From the human T2T-CHM13v2.0 reference genome, Homo sapiens, in the NCBI RefSeq assembly GCF_009914755.1, contig NC_060938.1: a DNA stretch of 64,000 bases; one strand, 5' to 3'. Position numbers and translations under genes: made by a program. Below are positions 1-55,382 of the stretch, in pieces (position 1 is the first letter of the stretch; every line of letters starts with the position of its first letter). Under the pieces are notes generated by a model that had not been told where the DNA came from, did no database searches, and saw only the letters and a list, made by a program, of their open reading frames with translations.

Positions 1-222
1 TGCAACCTCTGTCTCCCAGGCTCAAGCAATTCTCCTGCCTCAGCCTCCCGAGTAGCTGGGATTACAGGCGGGTGCCACCACACCCGGCTAATTTTTGTAT
101 TCTTAGTAGAGATGAGGTTTCACCATGTTGGCCAGGCTGGTCTTGAACTCCTGATCTCAGGTGATCCGCCTGCCTCGGCCTCCCAAAGTGGTGGGATTAC
201 AGGCGTGAGCCACTGTGCCCAC
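1..222 (-). mobile_element. Alu (truncated by window start)
   Basis: Alu consensus match. Confidence 0.9.
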
Positions 223-883
223 CCTTTTCCCGAACTCTCATCGGCTGCTTCTGTCTGGGCTGTGGTGTCCTTATCGGTAACAGGAGCAGTGGCAGTGGGC
301 CCACGGGGTGGGGTTTGACACCTGTGATGACCTCAGTGGGAAAGGTAGCATCTAGTGCCTCTTCCTGCAGGAGTGGAAGCTGGAGTTGGGAGGCAGCCCT
401 ACCTCTGCACCCTGTTTCCAGGGAGGGGAGACAGCACGAATGCCCTGTGATAGGCTTTGTAGCTTGAAGGTCTGTCCCAGGGGCCGCACGGGCTCAGAGA
501 CCCCAGGCCCAGGGCCCTAGCTTTCAGGATTTCAGAGGGAGGCTAGAGTGTCTGGGAGGACTGAGCGGGGGCTCATCCTGCTCCACACACCAATCTCACC
601 CCAAAGGCACACCCACTCCCTTCCAGAGTGGGTGAGACTGCACCCACCCACTGCCTGGGGTCGTGTGGTCTGCAGCAGCCAGCTGGGCATTGTATATACC
701 CAAACACACACGGGCCAAGCCTGGAGCATATAGGCTCTCATATCCTGGGCACAGGGCTGGCTTGTTTCATTTTACTTATTTATTTTGGGGATCAAGGTCT
801 CACTGTTGGCAGACTGGAGTGCAGTGGTGTGATCATGGCTAGGGCCCTGGGCCTGGGGTGAGAAAATGCCTATATTTCTCAGA

Positions 884-1150
884 GATTTTGGGAGGCTGAC
901 GCAGGTGGATCACCCGAAGTCAGGAGTTCAAAACCAGCCTGGCCAACATGGTGAAACCCCGTCTCCACTAAAAATACAAAAATTACCTGGGCGTGTTGGT
1001 GGGCGCCTGTAATCCCAGCTACTCAGGAGGCTGAGGCAGGAGAATCGCTTGAAACCGGAAGGCGGAGTTTGCAGTGAGCCCGAGATAGCACCACTGCACT
1101 CCCGCCTGGGCAACAGATCGAGACTCTGTCTCAAAAAAAAGAAAGAGGAA
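884..1150 (+). mobile_element. Alu, 5'-truncated
   Basis: Alu consensus with A tail. Confidence 0.9.
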
Positions 1151-1688
1151 GATAAAGGAAAGGCTAGTGCTGGCCGGATCGCTGCAGGCGGGTCCTCAGG
1201 CTGGGTGGTGAGACTTTCACTTTCCATGCTGGCTCCATCAGTTCTGTGTGGGTTAAAAATAATCATAACCTGTAGTTATTCCTTTCGTTATAAAAATAAA
1301 AAGGTATTTTAGAATGTGTGGCCCGGCCAGCAGGGCCTGCAGGCCCCCTCCCGAAGCCCTCTGCGGCGCCCGGGTTGGTTGCTTGGGCAACGTCTGCCGC
1401 CCCCTAGGGGACAACGCAGCCTTCCCGCAAGGGCAGCCCGGGCCGCGCACAGCGTGGGCTCGGGCGCCGGTGGAGGAGGCCTGAAGGCAGCCTGGATCTC
1501 CTAGCAGTCACCCTGCCTGTCGGAGGGGCAGCCGGCTGGCTCCAGTGGACTCTCCCAGGCTCTGCCTCCTGCCGTCCGCAGAAGACCCCAGGTCCATCGC
1601 CTGCTGGAAAAATCAAGACCCCGAGAGGTCACGCCACCAGCCCAGGGTAGCACAGCTGGGAGAGGCAGAGCCCCGGGCCAGACCCTAG

Positions 1689-2069
<381 letters not shown>

Positions 2070-2094
2070 CTTTTACTACTTTTTAAATTTTTTT

Positions 2095-2394
2095 AGATGG
2101 GGTCTCACTCGCCATGTTGCCCAGGCTGGAGTGCAGTGGCTATTCACAGGCATAATCCCACTACTGATTGGCACAGGAGTTTTGCCTTGCTCCATTTCCA
2201 GCCTGGGCGGGTTCACCCCTCCTTAAGCAACCTGGTGGTCTCCCACTCCTGGGAGGTCACTGTATGGATGCTGACTGTAGTGTATTGGACAATCAGCACA
2301 GTGCGCTACAGTCCAGAACTCCCGGGCTCAAGTCGTCCTCTCACCCCAGACTCCTGAATAGCTGGGACTACAGGCATGCGCCACCACACCCGGC
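2095..2394 (-). pseudogene. Full-length 7SL (SRP) RNA retropseudogene
   Basis: Alu-like ends plus the S-domain (ctattcacagg...gggcgggttcacccctccttaagcaacctggtggtc...gggaggtcac); A-rich tail; candidate TSD TACT(A/C)CTTTTTA at 2074 and 2395. Confidence 0.9.
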
Positions 2395-2627
2395 TACTCC
2401 TTTTTATCACGGACTACGACAAAGGCCATATACTCATCATCTTTCTCCTTTTCTTCCTTTCTTTTTTTGCCAGACAATGTTAAAGTAAATTTCAGCCATC
2501 GTGCCATTTCACCAACCTGTACTTCTGTTTGTATCTCTAAGAAATATAGGCATTTTCTCACAGAACTTTGGTGCCATTATTGCACCTAACAAGAATAATA
2601 ATGATTGTTTAAAGTCATCTAATGCCA

Positions 2628-2970
2628 CTGGGTGCGGTGGCTCATTCCTGTAATTCCAGCACTTTGGGAGGCTGAGATGGGTGGGATCACTTGAGGTCAG
2701 GAGTTTGAGAGCAGCCTAGCCAACATGGTGAAACCCCATCTCTACCAAAAATACAACAAAATTAGCCGGGCATGGTGGCACGTGCCTGTAATCCCAGCTA
2801 CTCAGGAGGCAACTCACTGCAACATCCACCTCCTTGGTTCAAGGAGAATTGCTTGAACCCAGGAGATGGAGGTTGCAGTGAGCCAAGATTGCACCACTGT
2901 ACTCCAGCCTGAGCGACAGAGCGAGACTCCATCTAAAACAATAAAAATTAAAAATAAAAAAGCAAATAAA
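2628..2970 (+). mobile_element. Alu with internal inverted duplication
   Basis: Alu consensus; near-identical flanks aaagt(c/g)atctaatgcca. Confidence 0.9.
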
Positions 2971-3222
2971 GTGATCTAATGCCATTGGCTATCTCCAGCT
3001 GAGGACACCCAGGAGGGCAGGGCCTCCAGGTGCACACCTTCAGGGAGGACAAGGTGCTCGGTGGAAAGGATGGATGGGGTGATGGGGGCTGGTGAGTGAC
3101 ATCCTTTTGAGGTCCCTTTGATCATTAGGGCCCAGCACAGTGTGGGTGCTGAGGGTGTGGACTGACTGACGGCCTGTCTCAGATTCTGCAACACTGTCTC
3201 ACCCCTTTCTTGTGGGGCCCCT

Positions 3223-3470
3223 GCCATCCTTCCATCTGTCTTTCTGTCCATGCGTTCATCGCTCTACCCCTTCATCCATCCACTCGTCCCTCCATCTATC
3301 ACCCACTCATCCATCCGTCTGTCCAGCCCTCCTCCCATCCATCCATTTGTCCACCTGCCCATCTCTCCCTCCTCCGTTTGTCTTCCATCCATCCATCTGT
3401 CTGCCCAGCCCTCCTCCATCCGTCCCTCCATCCCTCTGTCCATCCATCCATCCTTCCATCTGTTCACTGA
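3223..3470. repeat. Degenerate (CCAT)n/(TCCA)n simple repeat
   Basis: ccatccatcc... tract. Confidence 0.85.
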
Positions 3471-3769
3471 CTCATTTTCTCACATACTTATTTACGTGGT
3501 CTCCCCAGGGTGCCCACCTATTCTGGGTGCCATGGGTGTGGAGACAAACCCAGCACCACCCTGCCTGCCTGAAGCCCACAGCTGAGTGGGGAAATGTTTA
3601 GACCTGCACGAAGCAGCCTAAATGGTGGGGTGGCCTGTTTTCTATTTCTGCCTCAGAGAAGAGGGTCAAGTTAGGGCATGTTTGTTCAGGAGACAAAGGG
3701 CAGGTAAAACTTGGCTGCGATGACTGAGAACATGCTTGTCTCAAATGTCACCTTCTGGGGCCTCCCTAA

Positions 3770-4207
<438 letters not shown>

Positions 4208-6332
4208 CAGGGCAAGGGCTTTTATCCGTTGTGTTTACTGATGTGTCCCCATGCCTAAAACTCGACAGGCAGCCTTGGTTTCATGAGTAGAGGGCATGGG
4301 CGGGGCGGGCTGCGGTCCACGGGATGATGACGCGGCTGAGGCCGTGCAGATGGACAGTGGTGAAGGGAGCTGAACGTGAATTTAAGAGGTTGACACACAG
4401 GACTGGGGACTCTGGATGTGGGGTGGAGAGAGAGAGGTGTCCAGGGCAATTCCTGGGCTTCTGGCTCAGGTGCTATGGGTGGGTGGCACTTGCTGCATTG
4501 GATGCTCTACAGGAAACATGGATCTGAATGGTCCCTGTTCTTTCAGTTAGACACAGTGCTTCAAACTCCCTCAGCACCCAAGGTACTGGCTTCTTGAGTG
4601 CAGCATCAGCAATCAAACCCAAGTCTCAGCTGTATTTGCCCTGCCCAGAACAGGCCAGCCACCTCCTTCCTTCCAGACTCTATGCTTCTGTTAATGCAGC
4701 ATTAGCATTTAGCTGGCCACTCTCACAGGGACACGCCCGGACTTTGCCCTGCGTGGTCGCAGATATGAGGCAGGTACTCTCTTCATTTCATGGATGCAGA
4801 AGCTGAGGCACAGAGTGGTCAAGGGGCTGGCCCACGGTCTCAGCTGTGAGTGGCAGAGCTGGGCTTTAAAGGCAGGCAGCCAGCTTCTAACCAGATGCTA
4901 AGCTTCATCCCCTTGAGGGCCAGGACTAGCATTGGGACTGGCCTTGGATGGGCCACTTCCCGCCCTTTGCCCTCTGCCGTGGCAGCTGGCACTGCTCATC
5001 CTGTGTCTCCCACTTGCCTATAAATAGCCGGGCTGGCAGGGGGGCTGTCCCTCCATCAGCTCTCAGCCTGCTCAAGGCCAGCCTGCAGGTCCAGCCATTA
5101 GAGGACAGGAAAACAGGTAGACAAAGAGCCTCCTGGCCTTGCCACCTGTCCCGAGGGCTGCCCAGATGGGCTGCCTGGGCCTCATGCATCAACACCTGCC
5201 CCTCCCCTATCCTGCTGGCATTCCAGTCTGTGGGGCACTCACTTAGATTCTGTTGCTCAGCAGCTGTGTGGCCGAGGTACCTGCACAGCCTCCCTGAGCC
5301 TTGGTGTCTCACGTGGAGATCTCACAAGGATGCAGTGCAGGTCACATGGGGCATGCACTGAGTCCCCTTGAGAGCCCTCTGGGGCCTCCCCAGGCGGGCC
5401 TGGATATCCCAGAGGGTGGGTTGTATGAGAGCATCTGGGGATCACATCCAGCCCTGCCGCCCTCGTGGCCTTGGACAAGCCCCCTTTCTGGGCCTCAATG
5501 GCCCCATCTGTGAAATGGGGAGCACTAACGCTGCGCTGTCTCCCTCCTGGGGCGGTGAGGAGGATCCTAGAGCCTGAGAGTGAGGGGAGCTTGGTGAACT
5601 GTAAGGTGGGGTGCACGGGCAAGGAGGTCCCTGTTTTTACAGTGCCCAGCAGACAGAAGTAGCGTCTTAGTGGAGAGGTTTCCCCTTCAGGAGGGCCCCA
5701 GCCGCTGGTTCAGAGGCTGAATCGGCAGCCTCTGTCCCTGGTTCATGTGGGCAGGGGGACTTGGTGGAGGCAGCCTTGGCCTTCGCCTCTGGGTCCAGGG
5801 AGACACATTCCCATGGAGCAGAGAGCAGGGAACCGGGGCAGCGGGAAGGGTGAGAGCAGATGGTGGGTGCTGTTCCTGGGTTCAGGCCTGTCCTTGCCAC
5901 CCCCTCCCTCCCTGCCAACTGGAGCTCCTTGAGGACAGGGACTGGCTCTCATTTGCCTGGGTGTAGCATCAGCAAAGTAAGTGTTTTTTGAGTGAGTAAG
6001 AGAGGGAGCTTTGCAGGTTTCCCAGGCAGGGGTCCTGAGCAAATCCAGGGGAGTCGGGAAAGCCCAGGGGACACAGTGAAGGCCTGGGCTTGGACCTGGA
6101 GGGCGAGAGCTGTCACAGCCCCATCTCTGGACCTTCCCAGGAGGTGTTTGGATGTGATGGGGCAGTGCCCCTGCTCTCTGGTGCCTGTCACCTCCCGTGC
6201 TCTCTCCTGTGTTTTCCTGACACCTGGGTCCCGAGGGCACTGGGACAAGGGTCCCGGGGGCAGGGAGGGAGTCCAGCTGTGTGCCGCGTGGCCTCAGCAG
6301 GCTCTGCTTCCGGTCCCCTCCCCTGCCGCAGG

Positions 6333-6339
6333 TATTTAA
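6333..6339 (+). promoter_or_regulatory. TATA-like box of SLC25A47
   Basis: TATTTAA in GC-rich context, ~100 bp upstream of the ATG. Confidence 0.55.
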
Positions 6340-6438
6340 GGTCTGAGAGGGGCCAGCTGGGAGCTGTTGAGGCCACCCTGGTGGCACCAAAGCCCTCTCA
6401 GGCAGGCAGACCCAGGGCCTCCCCGCCACACCTTGTTC

Positions 6439-12670
<6,232 letters not shown>

Positions 12671-13378
12671 CCGGTCCCCACGCCCAGCGGCCCACCCACC
12701 AGCAGCTGCTGGAGGTCGTAGTGGCTGGAGGAGGCAAGGGGTAGTGTGGCTGGGTTCGGGACCCCACAGGGCCATTGCCCAGGAGAATGAGGAGCCTCCC
12801 TGCAGTGTTGTCGGCCGAGGCCTGAGCTCGCCCTGCCCAGCTACTGACCTCAGGTCGAGGGGCCCGCCAGCCATCAGCCAGGGTTGGCCTAGGGTGGCAG
12901 GAGCCAGGGAGGAGTGGGCCTCTTTGATGAGAGCGTTGAGTTGCATGGAGTCGGTTGTTCATCCCAGCCTCCCCATGGCCCTCGCCTCCCATGTCTTTGA
13001 AGCACCCCTCCAGGGAGTCAGGTGTGTGCTCAGCCACCCTCTGCCCCATTCCTAGACCCTCACCCCCACCACTGTTCCTGTGTCTTCATGAGCTGTCCCT
13101 TACAGGCAGGGGCTTCCCACAGGCTGGGGGCCTCGGGGCGGGGAGCATGAGCTGGGCTGGCACCACGACTGAGGGCTCCCGGCCCGGCTTCTTCCCCACA
13201 GCAGGCTGCTCAGAGGGGGTGCTGCCGGGACTGCCATGCCCACCTGAGAGGGGCCTGGGGTGGCCGTCCTCGGCCGGTTAGGGAATTTGGGGTGAGGTTC
13301 CTCAGGAGCCCTCACTCTGCCTGTGGACGCTGCACCTGCCACTTAAAGACCCCAAAGACTCTGTTGGGAACTGTTGTC

Positions 13379-13384
13379 AATAAA
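13379..13384 (+). terminator. SLC25A47 polyadenylation signal
   Basis: First AATAAA ~710 nt after the stop codon. Confidence 0.8.
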
Positions 13385-14476
13385 ATGTTTCTGAGGATGT
13401 TCAGGGCTGTGGCTCCATGGCCGTGGGCTGACTGTTCCCTGCCCCCAGCAGCTTTGCACCCTGTGAGGCCTGCCCACCCGTCCTGGGAGGTGTGGGGCTG
13501 TGGCCCTGTCCTGCTCCCTTCCTGCTGGATGAGCCCTCGAAACCTGAGCTGCTGGTGCTCCCACTGTGCAGATGGCCACACTGAAACCCCGCCTGGCACT
13601 CTGGCGGGCTCCACTCTCTCGGCCTTCTGGGCTGTGGGGCCTAGCCTATGGTGCTGAGTCCTGCCGCAGGGGGCTGTTTAGCAGGGTACTTACTGTCCTC
13701 ACCACCCTATCCCAAACCCACCCGCTTTCTGAGCGAAAGCTGGTTCCAGCCAGGCCCTCCCACCTGCCCTGAATGTGAGCTCCCCTTCCAGAGGGGGCTG
13801 CCCGTGGGAGGGCGCCAGGTGCCTTGCACAGCTCACCACAGCCACCTGACAGCTCCAAGAGGGAGGGGGCCTTGCCTGCCGTCACGCTTCAGGGAGGGGT
13901 GGGTGGACTGCAGCCAGTGCTTCTGAGGCTCCAGCACCCCCCATCCTGGCATCATGTGGCTTCCAATGATGGGGGCTATCAGGGGCTAGGGCTGGCAGGT
14001 CCAGCGTGAAGCCACCGGGTCTCCACCACAGCAGCCCTCTGGCAGGGCCAGAGGCCACCTGCATTGACTATATTCACTCATGGACACTGACCTTGACTGT
14101 GTCTGTGGACTGAACGCTGTCCTGTGTTCTGCCGAACAAAATTCTTCTGCTCCCAGAGTAAGGGGTGGAACCCCTCTTGTTACGCCAGTCCCCATATGTG
14201 TGGTGCTGTGGGCACCTGACCTTATGCCCTGTGCCCTCTGCCAGGAATACCCTCCTACTGCTCTGCCTGGCTGGCTCCACACCCCAGGCGCCACCTCCTC
14301 CAGGAAGCTCTCCTTGCCTGACCACTGGGCTGCTCCCAAGCATCTCTTGCTCTGCTCCCTTGGGGACCTGGTTGGGTGTGTGGTCACTCATCTGCCTCTC
14401 CCCGGCCACAAGAGCCTGCGGGCTGTGCAAGGACTCCATCTAGCTCCAGGGCTGCTGCATAGTAGGGGGTGTGGGA

Positions 14477-14513
14477 TGAATGAGCGAGTGAATGAATGAA
14501 TGAATGAATGAAT
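14477..14513. repeat. (GAAT)n microsatellite
   Basis: tgaatgaatgaatgaatgaatgaat. Confidence 0.85.
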
Positions 14514-14832
14514 AAGTCCTGCAGTAGATTCCAGGAAGTGTGTCCAGCTTAGGAGTTGCAGAGGCTGAGATGTTGTGGCCGAATGCCGGGAAAGGGCAGG
14601 CGCTGACAGGTTTCCATGGCTCATCAAACACTGACCCCGGGACCGTTTTTGTCGAGAAGACCCCACCTGTTCGGCCTTGGCAGGAGGGTTCCTGGCAGCA
14701 CTCCTGGCCCGGCTCTGGCAGTGGCTGCACTCTGGGAGGTGGGGGCCTTTGGCTCTCCCTGAGCCCGTGTCACTGAGCAGCTGGCTCTGCGTGTCACTGG
14801 GGAGGGGGTTTGCAGGAAAGGCCTCTGTCCTG

Positions 14833-15125
14833 TTTTTTTTTTTTTTTTGAGACGGAGTCTCGCTCTGTCGCCCAGGCTGGAGTGCAGTGGCGCGATCTCG
14901 GCTTGGCTCACTGCAAGCTCCGTCTCCTGTGTTCACGCCATTCTCCTGTCTCAGCCTCCCGAGTAGCTGGGACTACGGGTGCCCACCACCACGCCTGGCT
15001 AATTTCTTTTTGTATTTTTAGTAGAGATGGGGTTTTACCGTGTTAGCCAGGATGGTCTCGATCTCCTGACCTCGTGATCTGCCCGCCTCAGCCTGGGATT
15101 ACAGGTGTAAGCCACCGCGTCTGGC
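14833..15125 (-). mobile_element. AluY-like
   Basis: Diagnostic gcaagctccg, ttcacgccattc, gttagccaggatg. Confidence 0.88.
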
Positions 15126-16055
15126 TGTCCTCACTGTCTTTACAACCTCTATGGTAATGACCAGAGAGTCCTGGGCCTCAAGGCCCAGCCAGTGTGACCC
15201 TGGGGAGGGCACATCTGCTGGTGCTGCAGGCGGGCACTGGGGGCCAGAGGCAGGCCTGTTGCTTGCCAAGTGCCGTCCTGGAGCAACGAGCTGTTCCACA
15301 GCCACCCGTGTGCTCAGCCACCCTCCTTCCTGTCCCTGCTTCCCCACCCAGTGCTGTTTTGTGTGCTTCTCAGGCACCATCTCCTTTCAGGCAGGCTCAG
15401 CTGGTCTCTCCTCCAGGCTGGGGGCCACGGGACAGAGAGACTGAGCTGGGTTGGCCCCACATCTGTCTGACAAGTGGACATTACCAGCCAGAGCAGGAGT
15501 GCTCTTCCGGCAGAGCCTCTGGCACCACGGTGGTGCAGGCACCCGGCCTCATGCCTCATCCCCAAACACTCATGGGGCCACTGCAACCTGTCCATCCTAA
15601 TCCAGACACGCCCATGTCTTTCAGGGAACATTTCTCTCAGAAACCACTGGTTTTTAGCAAAACTGGGGAGGCTTGGGAGACATGTGGCTCCCCTGTGTCC
15701 TGACCAGCAGTGGCCTTGGGCAAGTCACCTGAGTATTGGACCCAGGGCACCCCTCCTAAGACCCTAAACAGGAGGCATCACTGCTTTTTACAGGGGAGGA
15801 GATGGAGGTCCTGGGAGGTTAAGTGACCTGGCCAGAGTCACACAGCCGGTGAGGGGAGAAGCTGGTTGGTGTTGGCTCACTCCTCCCTGGGGCCAGGGTC
15901 TCACCAGGGCCCTGCCAATAGATGCTGTGGCTGGGTGGACAATGACAGCAGCAGCTGTCACTGACTCCATTTGTCACCCCTCATTGCACTTGCGTCACAG
16001 GTGCAGTAGAGCGACGAGGAGTCATATTAGTTGCCCAAGGCAACAGGCTAGTGAG

Positions 16056-16418
16056 CTATGTGGCCTCTGTGGGTGGCTCACCCCCACTGGCCATAGCCAG
16101 CCAGGTGAGCAGGGGAGGGCAGGGGTGGGGCCCAGGCCAGCAGGAGTCGAGACCGGGAGAGGAAGCCTACTTGAGGTCATGGTGCACCCGGGTACCTGAG
16201 TGGGACTCGAGCCCAGGCCTCCAGCCTCCAGGGTGGGAACCGTAGTTCCCTCATTTGTAAAATGGTCCCTCTGTATGTGTGTGGAAAGCACCAAGAGTCA
16301 GGACAGACTCGCTGTATCAGAGTCACCCTATGGCCTTGGACAAGTCATGTTCTCCTCTCCTAAGCCTCAGTTTCCCTACTTGCAAAATAAGGATGGGCCG
16401 GTAGAATGAGCCCAGGGC
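16056..16418 (+). pseudogene. Diverged partial duplicate of the SLC25A47 exon 5 end and intron 5
   Basis: LCGWLTPTGHSQP|gtgagcagggg versus LCEWLSPAGHSRP|gtgagcagggg; shared intronic blocks such as caccaagagtcaggacagact and ggacaagtc. Confidence 0.8.
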
Positions 16419-16825
16419 TCCCTTGCAGCTCGGCCTCTGCCCTGGGCCTCATGTGAATGGGGCCCGACCTGGCTCCCAGCCTGTGCTCCCCGTCACTACA
16501 CAGCACCACTAAGCACCCCACGGCCAGCCCCTCCTCTGAAAAGCGAGGACAACCTCTGCTTGCATTCTCCATCAGCTGCTGGAAATGAGAAATGTGGTGT
16601 GAGAGGGAGCCCGCACCAGGATGCTGCTAAGGGCTCTCCCAGCACAAGCCCATTCCTGGGAGCTGTGGCACAACACCATGGGGTTCCTGGGACTGTGCGC
16701 TTTCATCCCCAAATTTTGACTCCAGCAGACTCAAGGTCATCCACAGAAGGGTGAGGGGAGGGGTCTCTGCTCCCTCCTCAGACCTCCCAGACAGAGCACA
16801 ATGACAAGAGCAGGAGCCAAGGAAG

Positions 16826-16831
16826 TTTATT
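16826..16831 (-). terminator. WARS1 distal polyadenylation signal (possible proximal ATTAAA at 17283-17288)
   Basis: AATAAA on the minus strand ~1.07 kb after the stop codon. Confidence 0.75.
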
Positions 16832-17895
16832 TACTCTACTGGGTGACAGGAGGGCAGAGTGCTCCAGAGGAGACCCAGATACATCAACCAAGGACTTCCC
16901 TGAGATTTGGCTTTGCTCTTCCAGGCCTGCACATGCTGCGTGATGAAATGAGGCCTGCCTAGACATCTGTGAGGGCCTCGAGGGCTGCTGCCTCGACTTT
17001 CTCCCTAGCTAAGTCCACCCGTCCAGGGACACAGCCAGGGCACTGCTCTGTGCTGACTTCCACTGCAGCCAAGGGTCAAAATGAAGCATCTGCGGAGGCC
17101 AGGACTCCTTGGCATCGGACACAGTCAGGGGAAAAGCCACCCTGACTCTGCAGGACAGAGGGTCTAGGGTCATTTGGCAGGAGAACACTGGTGTGCCAAG
17201 GGAAGCGAGCATGATTTCTGGAGTGGACTACATGCATGGTCTGGAGTTCAGTAAACTGGAAAGTTTCACCCCCAAGTCTTAATTTAATCAAAATTGCTGA
17301 ACTCTGTTCAATCTTCATTGTTAAAAGCAGCTTTAAAGCTGGGTGATTTCTTAGTCAAATGTATAACGAAGCTTTTACTTATCAATTTCTTTTTGGGAGG
17401 GGGCATGGGCTGAAATACATCTTGTGCTCAATAAACCTCCCCACATCAATATTTCAAAGCACTTTCTAGGTTACAATAATGACATTTCAATTCCATATAC
17501 GCATACATAGAATATATATTTTTAAACAGAGTGGGTCTTAAGAGTATACTTGGAACCCTCGGAGTCCTCCATGGACAAGAACAGGGTGGCCCATGGACTT
17601 CCAGCCAAAGGCTCCACTGTGGGGCTGCTTTGGGGAGAGACTCACAGCTGGACTTCTCTATCCGACCATGCAATGTTAGCCAGCACCAATTACCCACAAT
17701 GCTTTGCCCATAAGAGATAGAAATAATGGAACTCACAGGAAGAAACAGTATTGATAACATACACAGGCTTACAGAGGCCAGGCCCAGTAATTACCATGAG
17801 ACAGAAGCCTACAGGTGGCGGTGCTTTGACTGGGCTGGGATTATTGATACATTACTGATACATCACTTCTTTTATAAGCATATGTAAAACGAGTG

Positions 17896-52296
<34,401 letters not shown>

Positions 52297-52755
52297 TCAG
52301 GAACTACGTTCACAGCCGGCCTGAGGTCAGAGGATTTGTTCAGCAGACGAGTCAAGACTGGGGTGGGGGCGGGGAAGGAGAGAGAGGAAAAACCAGAGGT
52401 TAACACAACATCGCGGCTGTTTTTCCTTTCCTGTATTGAGTCCTTTTTTCCGAAAAGGTTGTGAGGTGAGTTACAGTAAAGGACATAGATAATATAATAA
52501 AAAGAGAACCAGAAATTTGGGGCCATGAAGAAGAGGAAAACCATCAAATGCCAGTGATGAAGACTAAAGGAGTGGCTAGGATTTACTGACTTAAGGTGTG
52601 AATCTACTTGACTAGGAGGGGCCCTCCTAGTCAAGATCAAGTTTGCATCTGGTGATGCCCCTGTGCCCCCACCCAGTGCCCAGAACACAGGAGGACTCCT
52701 GTTTGCTCAGGGTATAAATACCAATGTGTTTTAATGAACCTAAGTTCATTGCTAA

Positions 52756-52941
<186 letters not shown>

Positions 52942-54202
52942 TAGTAGAGGGAGGGTTTCACCATGTTGGCCAGGCTGGTCTTGAACTTCTGACCTCAGGT
53001 GATCCTCTGTTGGGATTATAGGTGTGAGCCAAGGCACCCATCCTCTATTTGTGGTTTATCTTAATTGCCTTGGGGATGAATTCTTGGGCTTTTGTAGCCA
53101 TAACTAATATATCGCTGAGCAAATGTCTTCCACTGCTGGTCAGCTGCTCTAAGACAAAGTGAGCTCTGGGGTGGAGGACAGGGCCTTACCTGTCCTAGGT
53201 TCCACATGAGGTAAGGACTGTCTCCAGTCTGTCCATTCCACGTGCTGCCTTATTTAACTACAAGCCTTTGCAGAAGGTGTGTCTGCACCTCCTATTAGTC
53301 ATGATTCATTATAACCCTTGCAGGAAGTGGGGACATGGCAGACAGAGACTGTATCGCCATCAAACCTTTCTTGGCTCAATCACTTCCTAAGAGTCAAGTT
53401 TCCTAACCTATAAAATGGCGCCGCCAGGAACTTCATCTACCCCAGGCTCTTATGAGAACAAAATGAGAAAAAAAAGGCATGGTAGCACTTTGTAAACTGT
53501 AAAGCAAGATGTAACTACGTTACGAGTGCTGTTATTAAATTTCTTGTGTTTCTTAGGATTCCAAAGATTGGCTGAACTCCAGCTTCATTTTAACTTGCTG
53601 TAAAACCTTGGAGAAGGAAAATGACAAGGCTAGTGCCTGAGCTGCTAACTTTGAACACCTCTGTACCTGTTATTGTTCTAAGCACCGTATATGTATCAAT
53701 TCACTTAAGCCTTGCAGCAGTCCTGTGAAATAGATTTGTAATCTCCATTTTATAGATGAGGCACAGAGGGGTTAAAAAAAACTTGCCCATGGCTGGGCAT
53801 GGTGGCTCATACCTGCAACCCTGGCACTTTGGGCAGTATAGTGAGACTCTACAAAAAAATGAAAAAAAAAAAAAATTAGCTGGGCATGGTGGTGGGCCTG
53901 TAATCCCAGCTACTTGGGAGGCTATAGCAGGAAGATCACTTGAGCCCAGGAGTTCGAGGCTTCAGTGAGCTATGTTTGCGCCACTGTACTCCAGCCCGGG
54001 TGACAGAGTAAGACCCTGTCTCTAAAAATAAAAATAAAATAAAATAAAACTTGCCCATGTTAACATCACAAGGAAATGGCAGAGATGCGTTATAGACTCT
54101 AGTAGTTTGACTCTAGAGCCTACAGTTTCAACCATTATCTTACAAATGACTTATCTTTATGAACCAAACATATACATTTGTGGTGTCATTTATTTTACTC
54201 TA

Positions 54203-55382
<1,180 letters not shown>

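Noticed and set aside
3210-3601. Overlapping His/Pro/Ser-rich ORFs
   Set aside because: Translations of the (CCAT)n simple repeat.
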